From positions 1-40,979 of IMG/VR virus record IMGVR_UViG_3300038436_000256: a DNA stretch of 40,979 bases; one strand, written 5' to 3'. This document shows, piece by piece, positions 17,953 to 26,900 of the stretch. This stretch comes from a virus (lineage: Duplodnaviria; Caudoviricetes). Within the stretch, counting starts at the first letter, position 1; the number at the start of each line of letters is the position of its first letter. The position numbers and the translations under genes were made by a program. The notes under the pieces were generated by a model. The model was given only the letters and a program-made list of their open reading frames with translations. It had not been told where the DNA came from and ran no database searches.

Positions 17953-18212
17953 TGACATACACCGTGAAGTATAAGCCGAAGGGCGCTTGGTGCTGGAGGA
18001 CCATCAAGAAGGTTGTCGGGGACGGGATCGTGACTGTTGTCGCTACGCCAAGCGGGCCGTCAATCCTCCAAGAACCATACCGGTTTTTCACCACCGAGGA
18101 TAACGCGATGGTTCATGTTCCACTCAGTTCCGAAGTGATTTTCGGGAAAGAGCGGGACGCGATAATCGCAAAAAACATGAGCAAAACCATAGGTCAACAG
18201 GTGCAAAGATGA
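17952..18212 (+). CDS. hypothetical protein
   Basis: TGATG coupling to the fibre gene. Confidence 0.55.
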   Translation: MTYTVKYKPKGAWCWRTIKKVVGDGIVTVVATPSGPSILQEPYRFFTTEDNAMVHVPLSSEVIFGKERDAIIAKNMSKTIGQQVQR

Positions 18213-18871
18213 TGAACCGAAACGCAGTGACATTACCAGGGCACGGACTGCAGCAGACAGGGGCGCCGGCGAGGGGAACGATGAAGGCCCCGCCCGGTGT
18301 CAGTCCTACCCAGTGGGCAAACAAGGCATGGCGCGGGACATGGCTGAAACAGCATCCGGGCTATTACGGAAGAGGGATGGGGACCACGGGCCAGAAGTTG
18401 CCGGGGCATGGTGCCGGGCCGGGCGGCATTAAGACCGCTCCGGGGAAGGGGCCGGCAAAGATGGTGCCGCCGGTAAACCTGCCAGGCCATGGGCCTGCTG
18501 GCCAGATGCCAACGGGTACCGGCGGAAAAGTGCAGCCGGGCCAGCGCCTTCAATCTCCGTCGCTTCCTGGACATGGTGCCGGGCCGGGGATGCCTGCAGG
18601 AGGTGGAGGGAAGGTCCATCCGGGGCAAAGTCTGCTGAACCATCCTGCGGTCGGAACGGTAATGCCGACCCAAGCGCAGGGAGCCGGCGGACAGATGATG
18701 CAGCAACCAGGAGGCCAGATGGACTGGCAGCAGCAGTTGCGGCAGAGGCTGCAGGAGTTGCAGGTGAAACATTTTCCCCAGGCGCAGCCGTCCCCATGGC
18801 CGCAAGGTGGAAATCGGTTTGACGGTGGGCTCCTGTCGGCGCTTCAGGTGCCGCAAAGAACAACCTATTAA
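18209..18871 (+). CDS. Pro/Gly/Gln-rich protein with LPGHG repeats
   Basis: Four LPGHG copies plus a W-rich module shared with the next gene. Confidence 0.6.
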   Translation: MMNRNAVTLPGHGLQQTGAPARGTMKAPPGVSPTQWANKAWRGTWLKQHPGYYGRGMGTTGQKLPGHGAGPGGIKTAPGKGPAKMVPPVNLPGHGPAGQMPTGTGGKVQPGQRLQSPSLPGHGAGPGMPAGGGGKVHPGQSLLNHPAVGTVMPTQAQGAGGQMMQQPGGQMDWQQQLRQRLQELQVKHFPQAQPSPWPQGGNRFDGGLLSALQVPQRTTY

Positions 18872-18886
18872 CGAGAGGCATTGATC

Positions 18887-19783
18887 ATGTCTACCCCGCC
18901 CGCCGGAGTAAGCCCGCTGTCATGGGATAACCCAACATGGCAGGCCATCTGGAAGAAGCAGAATCCGGGATACGGCCAGCAGCTATTGCCAGGGAATAAG
19001 CCGGTGGTCAATCCGGGGGTTACCGGCACACCGTACACACCGGAAGGTCCAGGTTTTGAGTCTCCGGCGAAAGCACCGGCCGTCGTTGATGCGAACGCGC
19101 CGCCGGCAGGGGTGAACCCGCTGTCATGGGCAAACCCAACTTGGCGCTGGATCTGGATGCAGCAGCACCCTGGGTACAGCCCTTCGGTTACGCCGGCCGC
19201 TCCGGGGACACCCGCGACACCTGAGCCACCAGGATTCAAGCCAGCGGCAAGCCCTGCCGGGACACAGGCAGGAACCGGATTCCAGAAATGGACACCGCCT
19301 GCCTGGTCCGGGGGAAACCCAACAGAGACAACCGTCCAAGGCCAGCTTGAAGGGCTTCTTGACCCATCGAATCCGCTGATGCAGCGGGCAAGAACCGGGG
19401 CGCTTCAGCAGATGAACGCTTCCGGACGGCAGAACTCATCCATGGCGACCACCGCAGCGGACGCAGCCATGTACGATACTGCCCTGCAGATTGCCACCCC
19501 TGACGCACAGAATGCCTTTGCCTACAACTTCGCGCAGACCCAGAACCAGTTTGACCTGTTCGCGCAACAGCTTGGCCTGTCCAGCCAGGAGAAGCAGCAG
19601 ATGACCGCGACCCTCGGAGGCTTGTACAGCAGCATCAACGCGGAGATAGGGCAGATACTGCAGAACAAAGACCTGGACGGGGCCGGGATGCAGGCGGCTC
19701 TGGACAAAATCTGGAGCGGCTATCAGGATACGATCACAACCTTTGCCGACCTGTTCGGCTATGACTTCACCTCGGCGGTGTAA
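18887..19783 (+). CDS. putative internal virion/ejection protein
   Basis: Two W-rich N-terminal repeats; TVQGQL..LL...NPLMQRA....QQMN..G..NSSMA region; position. Confidence 0.6.
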   Translation: MSTPPAGVSPLSWDNPTWQAIWKKQNPGYGQQLLPGNKPVVNPGVTGTPYTPEGPGFESPAKAPAVVDANAPPAGVNPLSWANPTWRWIWMQQHPGYSPSVTPAAPGTPATPEPPGFKPAASPAGTQAGTGFQKWTPPAWSGGNPTETTVQGQLEGLLDPSNPLMQRARTGALQQMNASGRQNSSMATTAADAAMYDTALQIATPDAQNAFAYNFAQTQNQFDLFAQQLGLSSQEKQQMTATLGGLYSSINAEIGQILQNKDLDGAGMQAALDKIWSGYQDTITTFADLFGYDFTSAV

Positions 19784-19794
19784 GGGAGCGCGTC

Positions 19795-20622
19795 ATGGGA
19801 TACCTGGACGATTATGATTTCGGGATGGACTACGGAATTGATACCACCGACTTTGCCGTGGATGTCGATAACGCCAACTACATGGACATGCCGGAAGCTG
19901 ATTTCGGGTTCGAGTTCAATCTCGATGATTATGTTGACTTTGACGATGCCACCTGGAACACGGAATTCGATACCCTGTTCGAGTCCAGCGATTACATGCA
20001 GTCGATCCTTGACGAAGAAGGGAACTATGACCCACTCGGCGAAGAAGGGTTCATGAGCAACCTGGAAATCGATGAGTTGTCGGACTCTGAGTTTGAGGAA
20101 CTGTACGGAACCGAGAAGCCGGGAGCGGAAGAGGGAGAAGGGAAAGGCTGGATGGATAAGTTCAATCCATTCGGGAGCAGTGAGGAAGAGGAAGAAAACG
20201 GTGTTTCAGCAGACCAGAAGGCAGCTCTTGAATCCAAAGGCTACAAGATCCTCGGCGAATTCAACGGGAAAACCTGGGCGCTGAATCCGTTTACTGGCAG
20301 GCCTGAGGTTCTGAAAGAGGATTCCGGATTCTTCGGCGGACTGTTCAGCAACAAGGGGCTTCTCTCCGGAATGGCGACCATGGGCGCGGCCGGCCTCAGT
20401 TACCTGGGCCAATCTGACAATATTGATGTCCAGAAAGAGATGTTCGAGGACAAGATGCGGCTTGAGCGTGAAATGCTGGCCGAGAAGGCCCGCGAATTTG
20501 ATGTCCGCCAGGGCGGATCAGGCGGAAGCGGGACGGCAAGGCCGGATGCGAACGCCGCGCACAACTCGGCGCTGGCCGCTTTGGCGAATAAATCAAGGGT
20601 TGGCGACTTCACCAAGAGGTAG
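19795..20622 (+). CDS. putative internal virion protein with extremely acidic N-terminus
   Basis: No K/R/H in residues 1-107; Gly-rich hydrophobic patch later; GGGAG RBS. Confidence 0.6.
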   Translation: MGYLDDYDFGMDYGIDTTDFAVDVDNANYMDMPEADFGFEFNLDDYVDFDDATWNTEFDTLFESSDYMQSILDEEGNYDPLGEEGFMSNLEIDELSDSEFEELYGTEKPGAEEGEGKGWMDKFNPFGSSEEEEENGVSADQKAALESKGYKILGEFNGKTWALNPFTGRPEVLKEDSGFFGGLFSNKGLLSGMATMGAAGLSYLGQSDNIDVQKEMFEDKMRLEREMLAEKAREFDVRQGGSGGSGTARPDANAAHNSALAALANKSRVGDFTKR

Positions 20623-20625
20623 AGC

Positions 20626-22188
20626 ATGGCTGACGGCGAACAGGGCTGGGGCGATTCGTTCGGGTGGGGCAGTTCTCTCCTGCAGGCGTACCTGAAGGGC
20701 GAATACAAGCCGGTCATCAAGAAGGGCGCGAAAGAGGCCGTCAACTATGGTGTTGAGCGGGCAGGAGACTGGGCGTTCATGCCTGGGGACGGACTGCTTG
20801 ACGGCGGGGGGTTCACCCCCCTTGGCCAGGGCGCAGCGGGCGGGCTCGGCAGCTTGGCCGGTAGCCTTCTTTCCGGAGATACTGAGGGGATGTGGGGAAA
20901 GGCCGGGACATCGGCGGTTGGCGGGTACATCGGCAATGCTGCAGGGCAGGCTGCTGTTCAGGGTGCTGGCGGAGTGGGGGCGATTGGTCCGCAAGCGGCC
21001 GGGCAGATGACCGGAGTGCTTGGCGCCGGGGTTGGCGGGATAGCTTCGGGCCTGTATGAAGGTTTCACGGAAGGAGATTTGTCGCTCGGCACCGAATGGG
21101 GGACCGTTGGCGGGATGGTCGGCTCTATCGTTCCCGGTATCGGGACGGTGGTTGGCTCTGTCATCGGCAATCTCGCTGGATCATTCATCGGCAGCAGGCA
21201 TAAGAAAAAGCCGTTCATGCAGGCGAGATACGACCAGGGGAATGCCGTTATCTACGATGAGAAGTCCGGGAAGTTTATCGCCCAGCAGCCAAAGGATTTC
21301 CGGGTCGTCAATCCCTACACGAAAGACGAGGTAACGCTTACCCCTGAGCAGCGGGAGAAGTCGCTGCGGGGGACATACGCCGTGAACCAGAAGTACGCCG
21401 ACCAGCTGAATCAAAAATTCGGGTCCGGATATCAAAACCTCAGCGCTGAAGATGCTTACCAGTTCGACACCATCATCGACAAATTCAAGCCGAAATCGCA
21501 GCCAGCAACACCGGAAGATTGGGAGGCCGAATACCGAAGCTACCTGAACAGCGCAGGCGGATCTGCGGGCGAAGGGATAATTTCTCTCGCCGATTACAAG
21601 CGAACGCGCTCGGGAGATTCTTATCAGTGGGCGGAAGCCGGCAAGGAGCCGTGGAAAAGCAGGGGCCAGCGCGGCCTGTACGACCAGGGCACATTCATGG
21701 ACGATCCGGCGACCACCGCGCTGTCAAGGATGGGGACCATAGGCGACAGGCCAGAAGAGTGGCGCCCGTGGGGGCTCGACAAGAAGCCGTACACCGGCAG
21801 CATGGAAGGCGATGATGGGGGATGGAGCGACGATCTCTATCGGCGGAAAAAGAAATACTGGGACACCTACAAGGACAAGGACCGCGGGAAACTGAGCGAG
21901 GACACCGCAAAGCGCCTCGATGAGTTGCAGGCCGACAGCGAGTTCGCCAGGCGGTATAATTCGGAGCCGGCGGGAAGCGGAACAGACGCTGACAGGTATG
22001 TGGATGCCCAGGCAGGGCTTGCTGACATGCTGGCCGGGAAATCAAACGTGCGCCGTGCATCATCGCGGGAGCAGCCGCAGCGAATCGAACAGGCCCCGGG
22101 CGGCATGAACAGAAGGATAGCAGGGCAGCAGCCGGGGCTCTTGGATGCGCTCGTAAGGATTCCGGAAGAATATTCAATGACCACATAG
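20626..22188 (+). CDS. putative ejection protein with glycine-zipper segments
   Basis: GTVGGMVGSIVPGIGTVVGSVIGNLAGSFIG. Confidence 0.6.
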   Translation: MADGEQGWGDSFGWGSSLLQAYLKGEYKPVIKKGAKEAVNYGVERAGDWAFMPGDGLLDGGGFTPLGQGAAGGLGSLAGSLLSGDTEGMWGKAGTSAVGGYIGNAAGQAAVQGAGGVGAIGPQAAGQMTGVLGAGVGGIASGLYEGFTEGDLSLGTEWGTVGGMVGSIVPGIGTVVGSVIGNLAGSFIGSRHKKKPFMQARYDQGNAVIYDEKSGKFIAQQPKDFRVVNPYTKDEVTLTPEQREKSLRGTYAVNQKYADQLNQKFGSGYQNLSAEDAYQFDTIIDKFKPKSQPATPEDWEAEYRSYLNSAGGSAGEGIISLADYKRTRSGDSYQWAEAGKEPWKSRGQRGLYDQGTFMDDPATTALSRMGTIGDRPEEWRPWGLDKKPYTGSMEGDDGGWSDDLYRRKKKYWDTYKDKDRGKLSEDTAKRLDELQADSEFARRYNSEPAGSGTDADRYVDAQAGLADMLAGKSNVRRASSREQPQRIEQAPGGMNRRIAGQQPGLLDALVRIPEEYSMTT

Positions 22189-22203
22189 AACGGGAGCGGA
22201 TTT

Positions 22204-22758
22204 ATGCAAAAGCTGAGAAGGCAGAGCGGGACGTGGCCAGCCGACCAGGAACAGGCGGTCAAGGCCAGAAAAGCGGTCAAGGACGCCATTTACAAGACGA
22301 ATGCCAAGAACTCCGTGGTCAAGGCGCTGGAGGCTGAAGATCCCCGGGCCAGGGTCGGTGGAGTCGGGCAGTTGGTCGGACAGGTGGTCGGGAAGACCGT
22401 AACCGCAGCAATGCAGAAGTACAGCGCCAGAGCCCACGCGAAGGGAATATTGAATCTGATCAAGGTCGGCGCCGACGTGGTGAACAAAATAGCGCAGGCG
22501 ACGAAGCGAGAGCCGCTTTCCCCGGAAGAGGAACAAGGCATGGCCAGTGTCGCCGGCAGCCAGGTTGAGGAAAGCATCAAGGTCATGGCCCAAGGCAAAC
22601 AGCAGCCCGGCCAGCAGCCTGCAGGCCAACAGCCGGCACCGGACCAAGCCGCGATGCAGCAGCCTGGAATGATGCAACAGCAGCCGATGCAGCAGGCCGG
22701 TCCGAACGTCGAGCAGCAGGGCGGGCTCCTTGAACTCGTAAGCAAGGGAGGTATGTGA
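22204..22758 (+). CDS. hypothetical protein with Q/P-rich tail
   Basis: GGGAG RBS; collinear ORF. Confidence 0.55.
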   Translation: MQKLRRQSGTWPADQEQAVKARKAVKDAIYKTNAKNSVVKALEAEDPRARVGGVGQLVGQVVGKTVTAAMQKYSARAHAKGILNLIKVGADVVNKIAQATKREPLSPEEEQGMASVAGSQVEESIKVMAQGKQQPGQQPAGQQPAPDQAAMQQPGMMQQQPMQQAGPNVEQQGGLLELVSKGGM

Positions 22759-23990
22759 TGGATTGGGGCGGATTGCTCGGGTCAATGTTTTTCGGGGGCA
22801 TGGCCGGCTATGGCCAGGGCGCGCTTGACGACCTTATCCGGGAAGAGGATGAGGCTGAAAAGTTCGCGCTGATGCAGCTGCAACAGGATTTCGCCATGGA
22901 GCAGCAGGAGAGCGGGCAGGATTTCCAGATGACGCTTGAACAGGGCCGGCAGAAACACGCCGAGGGTCTGTTCGATAAGGAAACCGACCGGGCCTATTCG
23001 CTTGCAGATAAGCAGATGGAACACGCTGAAACCATGTTCGGGAAAGAGTCTGAAAGGGCCTATGCCCTTGCCGACAAGCAGATGTCGCACGCGGAAAAGA
23101 TTGCCAGCGAGCAGCTAGCCGCGACCCAGAAGCTGCTCGAAACCAGGGAAGAGGCTGACGCCAACAAGATTGTCAAGGGTATTGATTCGCTCTCGGGCAT
23201 GTTCCAGGAGAAGATGGGCATGGAGCCGGACCAGGCTTTTGCCGCAGCGCTGGTTTTCACCAATAGCTCAGTAGGAGGGAAGGGGAAGGGCGGGCGTCAA
23301 GCGTCTTTTGGCGACATGCTGAAGGTTGATGAGCAGGCTTGGGAAAACTCCTTGCGCCGGGCCGGGGCCAGAAGTGCAGAACTTGCCACGCAGGAACAGC
23401 TCGATGCGGCCAAGGGTTTTGTTGATGAAGAGAAAGATGGGTTGCTGAAGATGGCTGGCGGTGTAGGCGGCGGCGGGTTCGATATCTCAAGTTTGTTCGG
23501 TGTTGGCGGCGGTAAGGGGGAGAAGGTGCCTGACGCTGTGTTCGATGTCCTTTCATTGCGGGCGCAGGGGAAGACGGAGGAGTGGGGAAAGCTGTACAGC
23601 GGCATGTCCAACGAGCAGAAGGCGATTACCAACCAGCTGGCGTCAGTGGTTGACATGGTGACAAAGGGTGACGGAGAAGAGGAAGGCACGGAACCGGCGC
23701 CGCAGGGTAATATCGACGCGAGCAGTCACGATTCTTCCTTTATGGGTGAAGGGCTCCTTTCTCCCGTGGTGGACGCGGCCGGATTCCAGACTGATATCGG
23801 TTCAGCGACGGCCGGGGCAATAAGGATGATCCAGCGTTCCCCCGAGGTCATGCAGAAAATAAACAGGTGGGCGCTTGAAACGAACAATGATGTCGGTCAG
23901 GCCGTTATGGATTTCGCCTCATCCTGGATTGAGGCAGGTGAACCGAACCTGGAAGCATACGCGAATTCAGCCGATTTCCTCGGGGAATAA
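22758..23990 (+). CDS. putative ejection protein with 22-aa internal repeat
   Basis: N-terminal Gly/hydrophobic segment, coiled coil, HAE..F.KE..RAY.LADKQM x2 (22956-23099); GGAGG RBS. Confidence 0.6.
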   Translation: MDWGGLLGSMFFGGMAGYGQGALDDLIREEDEAEKFALMQLQQDFAMEQQESGQDFQMTLEQGRQKHAEGLFDKETDRAYSLADKQMEHAETMFGKESERAYALADKQMSHAEKIASEQLAATQKLLETREEADANKIVKGIDSLSGMFQEKMGMEPDQAFAAALVFTNSSVGGKGKGGRQASFGDMLKVDEQAWENSLRRAGARSAELATQEQLDAAKGFVDEEKDGLLKMAGGVGGGGFDISSLFGVGGGKGEKVPDAVFDVLSLRAQGKTEEWGKLYSGMSNEQKAITNQLASVVDMVTKGDGEEEGTEPAPQGNIDASSHDSSFMGEGLLSPVVDAAGFQTDIGSATAGAIRMIQRSPEVMQKINRWALETNNDVGQAVMDFASSWIEAGEPNLEAYANSADFLGE

Positions 23991-23993
23991 ATA

Positions 23994-26900
23994 ATGGGCA
24001 TCCTTGACGACGAGCTGGGGATTGATCCTTTCGACGGCGGATCATCCGGTCCGGATAGTGAGCCGCTGTTTGCCCTGGACCGGGAGCTGGCCGGGTACGA
24101 CTTTGAGGATGGCGCGGAAGAGGATTCCGGCGACTTCCTTCGGGGCGTCTCGACCACCTTCAAGCAGGTGCCTCAACTCCTGCGCGGGGTCGAGGCAGGG
24201 ATAGGCGCGGCCGGTGAAAAGCTGTTCGGCGAGGGCGGAGACTGGACGAACATCAAGAAGGCTGGGGTTGCCGGGTATCTGGACTGGAGCGAACGTATCG
24301 CCAAGGACGCCAAGCTCTCGGACAATCTTGATTACTCCTGGGGCAGGGCGAAAGATGGCGACTTGGGGGCGCTGATTGATTGGCTGCAGTACGGGGCCGG
24401 GTACACCGTTGGCCAGGGCGCACAGATTCTCGCCACGGGCGGGGCCGGTTCGCTCATCGGGAAGACCGCCCTCAAGGGTGGGGTTGAAAACCTTGCCGCC
24501 GGGATGGTGAAAAAGGAAATGGCCACACTGGCCGGGTCAAAACTTGCCGGCGGGCTCGCGGCGGAAGAGCTTGCAAAGCTGGCTGTCAGTAATGTTGCCT
24601 CGAAGATCGGGCAGACAACGACCATGGCCCTTACCGCCACCGGGATGGAAGGCGGCGAGATATTTGGTGGCCTGGTCTCCGGCACTGAGAAGGAAGGCCG
24701 GACACCGACCGGGAGTGAACTGGCACTGGCCTTCGGGTCCACTCTGGCTGCCGGCGGACTGGAGTTTGTCGGGGATAAGCTGGGCCTGGACCTGATGCTT
24801 GGCAAGTCCAAGGTATTCAGCCCTGCAAAGACAATGACTGGAGTTGCCGGACGAGCTGGCCGGGCCGGACTGGGTATGGCTGCGGCCGCTCCGGTAGAGG
24901 CCGGGACGGAATATGCGCAGACCATGCTGGAGGAATTCGGCCAGGGCCGCGATCCGTGGAGCGAAGAATCAAGACGGCAGGCGTTCAACGCGGCAGGGCT
25001 CGGCGGGCTCGGCGGGGCGATGATCGGCGGTGGTGGCGGGCTCCTTTCCCCTGCAGATATCAAGACTGCCCTGGACGATTCCGGGCGGTTGTTGGATGAG
25101 GCTGACGCCCTGGACGAAACGGACATGCCCACGGTTGACGATGTGTTTGCCGCGCATGACAAGCGGACGACAGCGGCCGGGATCATGGACATCATCGAAA
25201 GGCCGACACCAGAGATTGATACCGTTGGCGAGGTGCTGGGCGACGACCTGCCGATTGACCAGCCGGGGATGAGCCGGGTTGAGCAGGTTGATCCCATTTC
25301 CCCGCTTGTCAGACAGTGGGATGAATTCATTCAGAGACGGGAACAGAAGAAGGCTGAAGCCGTTGACCTGATGCCGGAAGAGTTGAGGCCGGTGATCGGG
25401 ACCATCGAGCGGCAATTGTCCGAGGGCGAAACCGGAATCCGGTTCCAGAAAGAGGACGGATCTTGGGACGGGGTGAAGTCCACAAACCCAGACTGGATCA
25501 AAAAGCCAGCCCTGGAGAAGTACGACCAGGTGAACGGGACAAGTCTCGCCAAACGCCTGAACAAGTTGAGTCTCAAAGCCACGATCAGCAAGGTCCGCCA
25601 GGGCAAGGAGCTTTCAATAGGGCAGGAAGAAATCTGGGAATACGTTCAGGATGTGGCCAGGACCACGGCTGACCCGGAAGTAGCGGCGGCCAGCGAATAC
25701 ACCAGGATCGAGAAGGAAGAGGGCATTGAACTTGAGGCCCCGCACAAGGTGGTTGTCGCCGACCTGAACGACGGGGATAAGGTTGTCGTTCACAAGAACG
25801 GAATCCCTGATGTGGTGACGGTGAAGGGTCGCGATGATGACGGGAATGTTGTCCTTGAGGATGGCAATGTTTTCCGGCTGGATGACTTCGACAAGCTGGA
25901 GATTTCCGGGATCAAGCGGGCACAGGAGGTTCAGCCCAAGGCAACCGAGGTCATCGAGGACCCGAAATCGATAGCGAGCGGCCAGGAAGTAAACACCTCT
26001 CCGTCAGAGTCGATGAAGGAGGCGGGAAACTACAAGAAGGCCCACGTTGCAGTTGACGGGCTCGATATTTCCATTGAAAACCCTGTTGGGTCCGTCAGGT
26101 CTGGAAAGGATAAAAACGGCAGGGAGTGGAGCCAGGAGATCAAGGCCGATTACGGGTACATCAAGGGGACCGTAGGCCACGACAAGGACCATGTTGATAT
26201 TTTCGTCAAGCCCGGATACCAGGGCGGGGCCAAGACCGTTCATGTCGTTAATCAGGTTGATCCGGAGACGGGGAAATTTGACGAGCACAAGGTTGTCCTC
26301 GGGGCCGGGTCGGCTGGTGAAGCTATGGAAACTTACCTGGCAAACTACGAGCCAGGCTGGGCCGGCGGAAAGAATGTCGTCGAGATGTCCACTGATCAGT
26401 TCAAAGAGTGGGCGAAGTCCGGCCAGGCGAAAAGGGGAGAGCTTCCTGGAAACGAACAAATTACCCCTTCTATTTCTCAGCCTAAAACGACAAACGAACC
26501 GACAAAACAGCCGGTCAATTTGCCGCAAGAATCCCCTGCAGCTCCCCCCATTGAGCAGCAGGGCGCGGGGCAGCCGGAAACTCCCTCTCCGGTTGTCCCT
26601 GCTTCTAAAGAACCGTGGCAGATGTCAAAAGATGAGTGGGCATCTGCCATTGAAAGCGGAAAGCCTGGAGCCTTTGCGACATCACGGCAAGAGGATTGGG
26701 GTAGCTTACGAGGACAGGGGAAGCGCAGTGGTAGTATGGTTAAGGGCTCGATGCGTGACTCTACCTTGCAGGGGAAAAGAAATTACACCGATATCGTTGG
26801 TAAATTGCCGAAAGAAGAACGTGCCGATGTTTATGCAACTCTTGGCGACGAGAATCATGTCCTGACACAATATGCCAAGGCCAGAAGCGGCGGATTGAAC

